Virus record (IMG/VR): IMGVR_UViG_3300044641_002725
Strand: one strand, 5' to 3'
From: a virus
DNA: 64,000 nt
Below the pieces are notes generated by a model. The model worked only from the letters and a program-made list of their open reading frames with translations, ran no database searches and was not told the DNA's origin. The position numbers and the translations under genes were made by a program. This document shows positions 1-8,103 of the stretch, piece by piece (the stretch's first letter is position 1; every line of letters begins with the position of its first letter).

Positions 1-1
1 G

Positions 2-241
2 AAAGTTGTTGATAAGAAGAATAAAGAGAAACAGATTCCAGTCAATAACACTAACGTGAAGTTGATGAACAAATTTGATATCATTGAAGTATCTAAAACT
101 GGCACAACGAATGCGGCTGGTAAGTGTCTTGTTATGTTAGTGCATAAGAATGGTGACCAATATGCAATTGTTATTCTCGGAGGCACCACAAGAGCCGATG
201 TTGATAACTTGGCGAAGAATATAATGGAAAGAATAATTTAA
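2..241 (+). CDS. C-terminal part of D-alanyl-D-alanine peptidase (peptidase S11, PBP7/PbpG-like), 5'-truncated by window
   Basis: Open frame from base 2 reads ...IPVNNTNVKLM...VSKTGTTNAAGKCLVM; NTN and KTG-x-T-x-x-AG-x-CL motifs of S11 PBPs. Confidence 0.75.
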   Translation, partial: KVVDKKNKEKQIPVNNTNVKLMNKFDIIEVSKTGTTNAAGKCLVMLVHKNGDQYAIVILGGTTRADVDNLAKNIMERII

Positions 242-246
242 GTTTA

Positions 247-321
247 GCCGGATTAGCACAGCGGTAGTGCAATCGCCTTGTAAGCGATAGGTCGTCTGTT
301 CGAACCAGACATCCGGCACCA
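247..321 (+). tRNA. tRNA-Thr(UGU)
   Basis: Cloverleaf GCCGGAT/ATCCGGC, anticodon loop CT-TGT-AA, GTTCGAA T-loop, encoded CCA. Confidence 0.95.
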
Positions 322-483
322 TATTTGTTAAGTGTGTGTGAGAAAGTGTTTAGCCGACAGCCTAACTATCAAGGTGAATAACCATCCTTCTATGCAATCC
401 AATCCGATGGCTACGGGCATACTGCAATAGAATGTGAGAGCCATAACAGGCTCTTAAACATATGATAGTACACTTAACAAATA
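322..483 (+). ncRNA. Putative structured ncRNA between tRNA-Thr and tRNA-Pro
   Basis: 14-bp perfect closing stem 322-335/470-483 plus internal helices (346-352/455-461, 365-371/463-469, 388-396/423-432, 437-442/449-454); no credible ORF. Confidence 0.65.
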
Positions 484-491
484 TATAAATA
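484..491 (+). promoter_or_regulatory. T4-type late promoter TATAAATA
   Basis: Exact match directly upstream of tRNA-Pro (very close spacing, so function uncertain). Confidence 0.4.
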
Positions 492-492
492 T

Positions 493-566
493 CTCGGTAT
501 GGTGAAATGGTATCATTCGTGGTTTGGGACCATGAGGCGCAAGTTCGATTCTTGCTACCGAGACCA
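493..566 (+). tRNA. tRNA-Pro(UGG)
   Basis: CTCGGTA/TACCGAG acceptor stem, TT-TGG-GA loop, CCA. Confidence 0.93.
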
Positions 567-572
567 GTTTTT

Positions 573-647
573 GGGGGATTAGTGATAATGGGAGCACATG
601 TGCTTTGCAAGCATGAAGTAAGAGTTCGATTCTCTTATCCTCCACCA
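573..647 (+). tRNA. tRNA-Ala(UGC)
   Basis: G3:U70 pair, TT-TGC-AA loop, CCA. Confidence 0.95.
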
Positions 648-686
648 TTAATGTAAAGAAGTAATAATAAAAAATGAAAGTATAGA

Positions 687-1133
687 ATGTTATATCTAAT
701 AAAATCGTTTACTGATAGTGTAATGGGAATGCTGAATGAAGATCCAGTGCGCCCTCATATTCCACATGTTGACAGAGTTGGTGACAACAAAGACATTTTT
801 GTCTTGCGTGATCCAGATGAACAAGTGAAAGCAATCACATGCGTCAGTTATCAAACAGAAATTCCAACAAAAGAAACTGAATTGTTTCAAGTTTCAACTG
901 AACCCGTTGTTGCAATCTTTTATACCATCTGGAGTTATGCTCCGGGTGCTGGTCGTACATTAATTTTTGATGCTGTTAGACACATCAAAGAAAACAAACC
1001 AGAAATTCAAAGATATGTTACACTAAGTCCAAGAACTGAAATGGCAAGACGTTTTCATTTGCGTAATGGTGCAGTTGTTTTTAGAGAGAATGAAGACACA
1101 GTTAACTACGAATACCATAGGGTGATTTTATGA
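687..1133 (+). CDS. Minimal malonyl-CoA decarboxylase-like (GNAT-fold) protein
   Basis: Motifs AIFYTI, GAGRTLI, VTLSP, ARRFHLRNGA and VNYEY parallel the MCD motifs AIFYSI, (S/T)LSP, A.FHL.NGA and NY.Y. Confidence 0.6.
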   Translation: MLYLIKSFTDSVMGMLNEDPVRPHIPHVDRVGDNKDIFVLRDPDEQVKAITCVSYQTEIPTKETELFQVSTEPVVAIFYTIWSYAPGAGRTLIFDAVRHIKENKPEIQRYVTLSPRTEMARRFHLRNGAVVFRENEDTVNYEYHRVIL

Positions 1134-1327
1134 GTGATGGTGGAAAAGGAAGCGCACCACGTCCATTTAGCGTGAGTCAGGAAGAATACGCAAATCGATT
1201 TGATGCTATCTTCAAAAAGAATATCAAAGCGGCTGAAGAAATTCATTCTGATAAGGGCTATGAATTAGGCACCAAAGAAGACTATGAAGCATTCAATAAG
1301 AAACGCCAAGATGCGTTAAACAAATAA
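1130..1327 (+). CDS. Hypothetical phage protein
   Basis: ATGA overlap with upstream gene; 65 aa. Confidence 0.75.
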   Translation: MSDGGKGSAPRPFSVSQEEYANRFDAIFKKNIKAAEEIHSDKGYELGTKEDYEAFNKKRQDALNK

Positions 1328-1328
1328 T

Positions 1329-1402
1329 TACTCACTGGTGTAATGGCAGCACCACGGTCTCCAAAACCGTTAGTCAAGGTTCGAGTCCTTGGTGGGTAGC
1401 CA
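1329..1402 (+). tRNA. tRNA-Trp(CCA)
   Basis: ACGGT-CT-CCA-AA-ACCGT anticodon arm, GTTCGAG, CCA end. Confidence 0.93.
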
Positions 1403-1409
1403 AAAAATT

Positions 1410-1483
1410 GCGGGGTTCGTATAGTGGTAATACCTTAGCCTTCCAAGCTAATGCTGACAGTTCGATTCTGTTACCCCGCTCCA
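1410..1483 (+). tRNA. tRNA-Gly(UCC)
   Basis: GCGGGGT/ACCCCGC, CT-TCC-AA, U73 CCA. Confidence 0.95.
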
Positions 1484-1484
1484 C

Positions 1485-1513
1485 TTGACAAAAGGCACAA
1501 TGTAGAATATACT
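1485..1513 (+). promoter_or_regulatory. sigma70-like promoter
   Basis: TTGACA-N17-TATACT upstream of tRNA-Arg. Confidence 0.7.
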
Positions 1514-1532
1514 ACATGTATAGAAATTAATC

Positions 1533-1607
1533 CTGGCGTTAGTATAATGGATAATACAGTAGCCTTCTAAGCTATCAATAGAGGTTCGATTCCTCTACGC
1601 CGGACCA
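1533..1607 (+). tRNA. tRNA-Arg(UCU)
   Basis: CT-TCT-AA loop, AGAGG-TTCGATT-CCTCT T-arm, CCA. Confidence 0.93.
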
Positions 1608-1619
1608 TCTAATGTTAGC

Positions 1620-2090
1620 ATGACCAAAAAACCAAATTCTGCAAAAGGTGTAAACAGTTACGATTCTACATCGACAGGAACATTGATTCCTTTCTTTAAT
1701 AGAAATGTATCAGAGTATCCGACAGAAGCTGGTGGCATTAAGTTCGATTTAGTTCCTGTGACTAAACAAAAAGACTTGATGATAAATCATGCTAGAATGT
1801 ATGCACAACAAGAGTATGATAGAATCATGCAACTTGTTGAAGTGCTAGATAAACAAGCGCAAGAGATTAAACGTAGATTAGAAATAACAGATGCAGTTCA
1901 TGCCGCAGAATATCAGTTTCAACTTGTCATGGGCAATTGCTACTGGTTAGTTTGGAATACACGTAAAGAAAAAACTTTGCTAGTGCTTACTAGTCCAACT
2001 GGGTGGTCAACGGGTAAACCTATTGACTATGAGTACATAGCGCAAGTGAAATACATGGGCGACCATACGTGGATGGAAATTGTAGAATAA
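1620..2090 (+). CDS. DUF2452-like protein
   Basis: Coiled segment followed by A.YQF....G..Y.L and LTSP..W pattern resembling DUF2452. Confidence 0.55.
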   Translation: MTKKPNSAKGVNSYDSTSTGTLIPFFNRNVSEYPTEAGGIKFDLVPVTKQKDLMINHARMYAQQEYDRIMQLVEVLDKQAQEIKRRLEITDAVHAAEYQFQLVMGNCYWLVWNTRKEKTLLVLTSPTGWSTGKPIDYEYIAQVKYMGDHTWMEIVE

Positions 2091-2092
2091 AT

Positions 2093-2176
2093 GCGAGTAT
2101 GGTGGAATAGGTAGACACAAGAGACTTAAAATCTCTCGCCTTGTGCGTCCCGGTTCAAGTCCGGGTACTCGTACCA
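2093..2176 (+). tRNA. tRNA-Leu(UAA)
   Basis: Class II tRNA with variable arm, CT-TAA-AA loop, CCA. Confidence 0.95.
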
Positions 2177-2183
2177 AGTTTTA

Positions 2184-2259
2184 GGGCTGATAGCTTAACG
2201 GTTAAAGCAGAGGACTCATAATCCTTTGAGTGTGGGTTCGATTCCCTCTCAGCCTACCA
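2184..2259 (+). tRNA. tRNA with CAU anticodon (Ile2 lysidine-type more likely than elongator Met)
   Basis: CT-CAT-AA loop; lacks the initiator GGG/CCC anticodon stem. Confidence 0.85.
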
Positions 2260-2272
2260 TATACATAGTAAT

Positions 2273-2671
2273 ATGAGAATCATAGTAAACGGATCATTTG
2301 ACATTATACATTTAGGACATATACGATTACTGCAACATGCAAAATCGTTTCCTAATGCATATGTCTACGTGCTTATCGATACCGATAGACGTATCAAAAA
2401 GTTGAAAGGTGAAGACAGACCAATCAATAATGAATACGAACGTACATCATTATTAGCCGCACTTAAATCGGTAGACAGAGTGGATGTGTTTGATACCGAT
2501 GAAGAATTGGTAAACTTGATTCGTGACTACAAGCCTGATATAATGATTAAAGGTAGTGATTACAAAGGCAAGCCAATCATTGGCGCTGAATTCTGCAAAG
2601 AAATTAAATTTTATGACAGACTTGAAAAATATTCAACAACAAACAAAATTCAAGATATTGCTAATCGGTGA
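2273..2671 (+). CDS. hldC: Heptose-1-phosphate adenylyltransferase (HldE domain II / HldC)
   Basis: NGSFDIIHLGH (HxGH), KG.DRPI, KGSDY and YSTT motifs. Confidence 0.85.
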   Translation: MRIIVNGSFDIIHLGHIRLLQHAKSFPNAYVYVLIDTDRRIKKLKGEDRPINNEYERTSLLAALKSVDRVDVFDTDEELVNLIRDYKPDIMIKGSDYKGKPIIGAEFCKEIKFYDRLEKYSTTNKIQDIANR

Positions 2672-3404
2672 TTCTTGCATAGACGTTTATCAATATGGAA
2701 CAATCGACAGATTGAGTCCAGAAGCCCCAATTCCCGTAATCAAATTAACTAGAAAAGAAACCAGACTTGGTATGGCACGAAATGTCCATAGCAATCTGTA
2801 TAAACTCGGCTGTGACACAACGATAATTTCAAATCAAGCGGCAGGTATCAATGGTGAACCGAGAATCACAAAGACTAGAATCATAGACGAAAAATCTGGA
2901 TATCAAATTGTTAGAATAGATGATGAGCCAAAGATAGATCCATGGGATGGAATTGTAGATACGGAAGGTTATGATGCTGTTGTTGTATCCGATTATAACA
3001 AAGGCTTTCTAACTTACGAACATATTCAAAATCTGATTCACGATTTTAATGGACCAGTTTTTATCGATACGAAGAAAAGAAACTTAGAAGCATTTAATGG
3101 TGCTTACGTTAAGATCAACGAAAAAGAATTTGAAGAAGCCGAGTCTCATGCATGGGATATGATTGTGACACTAGGCGCAAAGGGCGCAATGTTAAAAGGC
3201 GAACACACAAATACTGTACATGCAACAAAAAAAGTTGATGTGGTTGATGTGTGTGGCGCAGGCGATACGTTCTTAGCCGCTTTGACTTATCAATATCTTG
3301 TGACAAATAGCATTGAAGAAGCAATTAAATTTGCAAATAAAGCATCTTCAATTACAGTACAGCATGTGGGAAACTATGCACCAACATTAGAAGAAATTAA
3401 ATGA
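2613..3404 (+). CDS. hldA: Heptose-7-phosphate kinase (HldE domain I / HldA, PfkB family)
   Basis: ILLIGDSCID.Y.YG...RLSPEAPIPV, SDYNKG, DVCGAGDTF motifs. Confidence 0.88.
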   Translation: MTDLKNIQQQTKFKILLIGDSCIDVYQYGTIDRLSPEAPIPVIKLTRKETRLGMARNVHSNLYKLGCDTTIISNQAAGINGEPRITKTRIIDEKSGYQIVRIDDEPKIDPWDGIVDTEGYDAVVVSDYNKGFLTYEHIQNLIHDFNGPVFIDTKKRNLEAFNGAYVKINEKEFEEAESHAWDMIVTLGAKGAMLKGEHTNTVHATKKVDVVDVCGAGDTFLAALTYQYLVTNSIEEAIKFANKASSITVQHVGNYAPTLEEIK

Positions 3405-3871
3405 AACGTTTAGATTTGAAAGAGGTGAGACAATTTATAGAAGAACAAACACCAGAGACTAAAATCTATATTGGTTGTGATTCTGAAAGAATGAGAGTAA
3501 ATGAATTGTGGTACGCAGATTATGTTCTCGCTATCGTAGTTCACATTAACGGAAATAATGGATGCAAATTGTTTGGTGAAGTACAACGTGAACGTGACTA
3601 CGACCAAAAAGTGAATCGTCCAAGGTATCGTCTGATGAATGAAGTGTATAAACTTTCTGAGTTGTATATTAAACTTGCAGATGTATTGGAGGGGCGAGAT
3701 GTTGAAGTTCATTTGGATATTAATCCAAACGAAATGCATGGTAGTTCTTGTGTTATTAACGAAGCAATTGGATACATCAAGGGAACATGTAATGTTGTGC
3801 CTATGGTTAAACCAAATGCGTTTGCGGCATCATATGCGGCAGACAGACTGAAAGGATTGAAAGTTGCGTAA
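3401..3871 (+). CDS. RNase H-like YkuK (DUF458) family protein
   Basis: IYIGCDS ... EV..L ... VHLDIN ... AASYAADR. Confidence 0.75.
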   Translation: MKRLDLKEVRQFIEEQTPETKIYIGCDSERMRVNELWYADYVLAIVVHINGNNGCKLFGEVQRERDYDQKVNRPRYRLMNEVYKLSELYIKLADVLEGRDVEVHLDINPNEMHGSSCVINEAIGYIKGTCNVVPMVKPNAFAASYAADRLKGLKVA

Positions 3872-4586
3872 ACTCTTTATTATGACTTTGCTTTGTGTGA
3901 GTAGTCTTGCACATGCTGAACGTGTATCAGGTACTGGTGAATATTCATTCGGTCCTGATACTGCTGAAAATGTTGCATGTAGACTTGCTGAAGAAAAAGC
4001 AAAACAAAATGCAATTGCAAATTTTGTTGGTGAATTGATTGAAGCCGCACAGAATGAAAGTTGTAAAGATGAGAAGTGTACGACACTATCAACTTTATAT
4101 ACTGAAGTGAGTGGTGAGATTAAAACAATTATCAAGAAAGACAAACAAGTTTATCCTGATAGAAATCGGCAAGTGTGTGAAGTTGACATTGTAGCTGACG
4201 TAGAGAAGATTACCAACACAATGAAGTTTCATGTTGAAGGTAAGAATCAATTTAAAGTTGGAGAACGATTTGTCTTTCAAGCTGTCTCTGGAATTACAGG
4301 TACCGTTGGTGTTTTTAATCTAGTTGACAAAGAGTATCAAATGGTCTATACTGACAAAGTACTTGAGATTAATAAACAGGTTCAGATTCCATCCGCTAGA
4401 TACAAAATGCAAGCTGAATTGCCACTTGGCAAAGGTCATTCTAATGAGTTGCTAGTGTTTTTGTTTACCGATAAGAATTTGACTTTTAAGAGTCGGTATA
4501 GTACAATGGAGTTTGATTCACTGGTAAAGAACATTCCGTTCTCTAGCAGAAAAATTGTTAATCATCATGTGAGCATTGAAAGGTAA
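3864..4586 (+). CDS. Secreted/periplasmic hypothetical protein
   Basis: TTG start with AAAGGA SD; signal peptide ending AHA. Confidence 0.65.
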   Translation: MRKLFIMTLLCVSSLAHAERVSGTGEYSFGPDTAENVACRLAEEKAKQNAIANFVGELIEAAQNESCKDEKCTTLSTLYTEVSGEIKTIIKKDKQVYPDRNRQVCEVDIVADVEKITNTMKFHVEGKNQFKVGERFVFQAVSGITGTVGVFNLVDKEYQMVYTDKVLEINKQVQIPSARYKMQAELPLGKGHSNELLVFLFTDKNLTFKSRYSTMEFDSLVKNIPFSSRKIVNHHVSIER

Positions 4587-4591
4587 GTGAA

Positions 4592-4720
4592 ATGAAGTCT
4601 CTTTTTATTATGGGTGTACTGGTAGCCTTAACTGGCTGTGGTACTGTGGGTGGCGCAATGCAAGGCGCTGGACAAGACTTGCATCAAGCAGGTCAATACG
4701 TTAAGAATGTAGGAAAGTAA
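4592..4720 (+). CDS. Entericidin EcnA/B-like small lipoprotein (42 aa; not in ORF track)
   Basis: MKSLFIMGVLVALTGCGTVGGAMQGAGQDLHQAGQYVKNVGK: lipobox LTGC then T..G.G.D amphipathic helix. Confidence 0.7.
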   Translation: MKSLFIMGVLVALTGCGTVGGAMQGAGQDLHQAGQYVKNVGK

Positions 4721-4722
4721 TT

Positions 4723-5334
4723 ATGGATAAACTTATTTGTTATATTGTAGTTCCGATGATTCTGTCACTAAGTGCATGTAGTTCCATCAAAACTGGTCCG
4801 AGTGTTAGTGAAACAAAATACTTTAGCAATGAAGTAGACTACCCTAAGTGGTATGCTGAAACACCAAAGAAAGATGATTCTGCTATCTATGGTGTTGGTA
4901 CTGAATACTCAAACGATTTTCAGTTCTCTGTAGACAAAGCAATGTTGTCTGCTAAACGTGAACTTGCTTCTAACTATTCGTCATACACTAGTGCTATGAT
5001 GAAAGACTTTGCAGTTGAATCTGGTGTGCTTGGTAGAGGTGTTGCTAATGCTGACATTGAACGTACTACACGATTGATTGTTGCTAAAGTGAATCTAGTT
5101 GGTGTACAACGTGTTAACTTTATGACAGTAAAAGAAGGTTCTGGCTTTCGTACATTCGTTCGTTTGCGTTTCTCTGCTGACGAATCAAACAAGATTATGC
5201 TTGCTGAAGTACAACGTAATGCCGCACTCTATGCTCAGTTACGTGCATCTAAATCTTTTCGTGAGTTAGATAAAGAAACTGGTAAGATTGAAACACAAAA
5301 AATCAATGAATTGAATGCGATGAAGGTGGACTAA
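4723..5334 (+). CDS. LPP20-like lipoprotein
   Basis: Lipobox LSAC; PKWY...IYGVG...A.DKA...AKRELA pattern. Confidence 0.7.
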   Translation: MDKLICYIVVPMILSLSACSSIKTGPSVSETKYFSNEVDYPKWYAETPKKDDSAIYGVGTEYSNDFQFSVDKAMLSAKRELASNYSSYTSAMMKDFAVESGVLGRGVANADIERTTRLIVAKVNLVGVQRVNFMTVKEGSGFRTFVRLRFSADESNKIMLAEVQRNAALYAQLRASKSFRELDKETGKIETQKINELNAMKVD

Positions 5335-5336
5335 AA

Positions 5337-5663
5337 GTGAACAAAGTTATTCGTGATGGAAAAGTTGCAGTAGTTGTGTCTCCTGGATTCGGTGCTGGTT
5401 GGTCAACATGGGCGTTTCGAGGTGAAGAAGACTATCGTGACTTTATGATGTTTGATCCAACACTAGTTGATATGGTTGAACATGGTGCATCGGCTGAAAC
5501 AATTGAGACATACGTTACTTCTATGTATCCAGGCACATATTGTGGTGGTGCAGATGATTTAACAATTCAATGGTTGCCTGTCGGTACTGCTTTTCGTATT
5601 CACGAATATGATGGTTCAGAATCTGTAGAAATTCGTGATGACATTCAATGGACAATAGCATGA
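5337..5663 (+). CDS. Conserved hypothetical phage protein
   Basis: GKVAVVVSPGFGAGWSTW...F.I.EYDGSE motif common in phages. Confidence 0.75.
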   Translation: MNKVIRDGKVAVVVSPGFGAGWSTWAFRGEEDYRDFMMFDPTLVDMVEHGASAETIETYVTSMYPGTYCGGADDLTIQWLPVGTAFRIHEYDGSESVEIRDDIQWTIA

Positions 5664-5836
5664 TGAAATTTTTATGTGGATGTGCTGTCGGTATCTTTCT
5701 CGCAACGGCAGGTACTTCTGGAATTGCAATGCTTATAGATAGTAGTGTTAGTAAATTTCAAAACACTATCAAAGAATCTGTGCGTGAACAACCACCACGA
5801 CATTACAATCAACAAATGAAAACGGAGTCAATATGA
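5660..5836 (+). CDS. Small membrane-anchored hypothetical protein
   Basis: ATGA overlap; N-terminal hydrophobic helix. Confidence 0.65.
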   Translation: MMKFLCGCAVGIFLATAGTSGIAMLIDSSVSKFQNTIKESVREQPPRHYNQQMKTESI

Positions 5837-6222
5837 AACATTGGAACGAATTAACTGAACTAGAATCTGAAATCATTCGAGTTGGAGAGTTTAGAAATCT
5901 ATATAAACTTCTTGTCGCTGGTGTAGAGAATGAGGTTGACATTAAAGTATTGCAATCTGCAATCTATACAATGGAAGGTATGATTGATGATATCGATTCT
6001 ACATTGTATGAAAAATTTCAAACAGTATGGGATTGCGTTAAAGATGACTTGCCAGTAGAATTGGTTGACACCGAAAACAATTATCAATTCGAAAACGGGC
6101 AACCATTCTATGATAATATGAATTTTACACCTGAAAACAAAAGTACTACATCTGTGGAAGAAGATGAAGCATTCAAGGACTTAGAAAAAGCAATCAGAAA
6201 TTGGAAGTCTACAGCACCGTAG
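5833..6222 (+). CDS. Hypothetical acidic protein
   Basis: GGAG SD, overlap with upstream stop. Confidence 0.7.
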   Translation: MKHWNELTELESEIIRVGEFRNLYKLLVAGVENEVDIKVLQSAIYTMEGMIDDIDSTLYEKFQTVWDCVKDDLPVELVDTENNYQFENGQPFYDNMNFTPENKSTTSVEEDEAFKDLEKAIRNWKSTAP

Positions 6223-6278
6223 GCGGGGTTTTGGACTGCTTTTATTGATTGTGGGTACTCTTACCCCTCCCTAGACTA

Positions 6279-6304
6279 GAAACCCGCTCCAAAGCGGGTT
6301 TTTT
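6279..6304 (+). terminator. Rho-independent terminator
   Basis: AAACCCGCT-CCAA-AGCGGGTTT followed by T-run. Confidence 0.8.
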
Positions 6305-6305
6305 G

Positions 6306-6367
6306 TGTCGTTTTTTTGCAACATTTCTGAAAATAGTTGTTGACAAGTGTGCCCATTGTGGTATACT
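6306..6367 (+). promoter_or_regulatory. Early promoter 1: palindrome plus TTGACA-N16-TATACT (TGn extended -10)
   Basis: TGTCG-N8-CAACA at 6306-6323; -35 at 6340; -10 at 6362. Confidence 0.8.
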
Positions 6368-6396
6368 AGAGTCTGATTAATCGAAAAGGAAACAAA

Positions 6397-6654
6397 ATGT
6401 CAGCATTAAAAACATATCTAGATCGCAAGAACGCATACGCTACAATCTTTGGTGCCAAAGCACTTACGTTAGATAGTGCTACTGACCGTCAAAAAATTGC
6501 CGATTCAATCGATTCAGATTTGAGTCCCGAGAATTTGACTTGTGATGGTGAACTGCCCCGTAGTTTGGTCCAGAAACGCTACAAGGAATTGACAATGGCG
6601 GCTAAAGAACTGCAAAAACTTGACCCTTCCGTTAAATTTTACGAATTTGCATAG
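6397..6654 (+). CDS. Early hypothetical protein
   Basis: Strong SD AAAGGA; LSPENLTCDGE motif. Confidence 0.8.
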   Translation: MSALKTYLDRKNAYATIFGAKALTLDSATDRQKIADSIDSDLSPENLTCDGELPRSLVQKRYKELTMAAKELQKLDPSVKFYEFA

Positions 6655-6716
6655 TGTTGCAAAAAGACAACAGTATTGAAAATAGTTGTTGACATGTTTA
6701 CCGATCCTGTTATACT
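6655..6716 (+). promoter_or_regulatory. Early promoter 2
   Basis: TGTTG-N8-CAACA 6655-6672; TTGACA 6689; TATACT 6711. Confidence 0.8.
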
Positions 6717-6751
6717 AGAGTCTAGAGATTGAGAAAAGAACTGGAAAATTT

Positions 6752-7501
6752 ATGAAATTACTGTCTACCGGAAACCCCAAAGTACTTAAAGGAATGTCAC
6801 AAGGTTACAATACCTACATTCTGCACCTTGCTCCGGCAGATTTGAGTGGTTATGAAACTTGCCCTAAGCGTACCGCTGGTTGCACTTCTGCATGTTTGAA
6901 TACTGCTGGTCGTGGTGGTATGTTTAAGCGTGGCGAAACTACAAACGTTATTCAAAAGGCACGTATTCGCAAAACGAAAATGTTTTTCGAAGACCGTATT
7001 CAATTTATGAACCTGCTGGTTGCTGATATCGAATTAGCAATTAAGCAAAGCAAACGGATGAACCTTGTTCCTGTGTTCCGTTTGAATGGCACTTCCGACC
7101 TTGCGTTTGAAAAGTATGAAGTTGTCCGTAACGGAAAATTGTTCCGTAACATGTTCACCGCTTTTCCTGAAGTCCAATTCTATGACTACACCAAGGTTCT
7201 TGGTCGTAAAGTTGTTGATATCGCTAACTACCATTTGACATTCTCTGCCGCAGATGGCAATGATTCCGATGTTGCAAAAGCAATTCAACAAGGTTATAAT
7301 GTTGCTACAGTATTCGGTATTAAGAAAACTTTGCCGATGCCTGAGACTTATCTCGGTATGCCAGTTTTCAATGGTGACGAATCCGATTTGCGTTTCCTTG
7401 ATCCTAAAGGTGTTGTTGTTGGTTTGTATGCAAAAGGCAAAGCAAAAAAAGACACCACTGGTTTTGTGAAATATCCCACTCTTATATTAATGGCCGCTTA
7501 A
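6752..7501 (+). CDS. GP88-family protein (Cys-motif, radical-SAM-like)
   Basis: CPKRTAGCTSACL, RLNGTSDL and FYDYTK motifs. Confidence 0.7.
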   Translation: MKLLSTGNPKVLKGMSQGYNTYILHLAPADLSGYETCPKRTAGCTSACLNTAGRGGMFKRGETTNVIQKARIRKTKMFFEDRIQFMNLLVADIELAIKQSKRMNLVPVFRLNGTSDLAFEKYEVVRNGKLFRNMFTAFPEVQFYDYTKVLGRKVVDIANYHLTFSAADGNDSDVAKAIQQGYNVATVFGIKKTLPMPETYLGMPVFNGDESDLRFLDPKGVVVGLYAKGKAKKDTTGFVKYPTLILMAA

Positions 7502-7502
7502 A

Positions 7503-7745
7503 ATGAAATCTAAAATCTTTATCACTTATCCCGATAATTACAAATATTTTAAAAGCAAATTGCCTACGGGACAAAAAGGGTATTGTGAAATTATGCGGAA
7601 CGTTACTGTAGAACCAGACCCGAATAATGTTTATGATAATTGGGGTACTATCGAAGCATACGGACAAAAACTTTTTGTCCACGCATACGATTATGAAGGT
7701 GAAGAGAAATTGTGGCAAATTTCTGGTGTTGCAAAGAAAAAATGA
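7503..7745 (+). CDS. Hypothetical protein
   Basis: ORF in operon. Confidence 0.65.
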   Translation: MKSKIFITYPDNYKYFKSKLPTGQKGYCEIMRNVTVEPDPNNVYDNWGTIEAYGQKLFVHAYDYEGEEKLWQISGVAKKK

Positions 7746-7753
7746 GGAACAAT

Positions 7754-8035
7754 ATGGGTATTAAATATAAAAAAGAATTTCATAGTGCATATGATGAATT
7801 AGTTCTGATTATGGACGATATTGGAAATATGATAGAGAAACCTGAAAATGAATACGACAAAGGTTTCAATCGGGCATGTAAAGTTATTTTAGATATGCTT
7901 GGCGAATTTAATTATCGCATGGAAGTGCGACTGGAAAATGAGTATGAATGGTTAGACCCCGATTATAATGACAATTCGAAAGAAACAAAACCAAAAACAA
8001 AAAAACTTGCCGTTGTAAAGAAACAACAGGCCTGA
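7754..8035 (+). CDS. Hypothetical protein
   Basis: GAGGA SD before ATG 7754. Confidence 0.65.
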   Translation: MGIKYKKEFHSAYDELVLIMDDIGNMIEKPENEYDKGFNRACKVILDMLGEFNYRMEVRLENEYEWLDPDYNDNSKETKPKTKKLAVVKKQQA

Positions 8036-8072
8036 AAATAGTTGTTGACTTACCTGCCCATTGTGATATACT
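8011..8072 (+). promoter_or_regulatory. Early promoter 3
   Basis: CGTTG-N8-CAACA 8011-8028; TTGACT 8045; TATACT 8067. Confidence 0.8.
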
Positions 8073-8103
8073 AGAATTTGTTCAGTTGAAAAGAGAGTAA
8101 AAA

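Noticed and set aside
322-483. RNase P RNA or 6S RNA assignment
   Set aside because: Lacks the RNase P GAGGAAAGUCC and ACAGAA..CGGCUUA consensus; branched rather than rod-like as in 6S
137-648. Minus-strand ORFs over the tRNA cluster
   Set aside because: Antisense to clear tRNA genes
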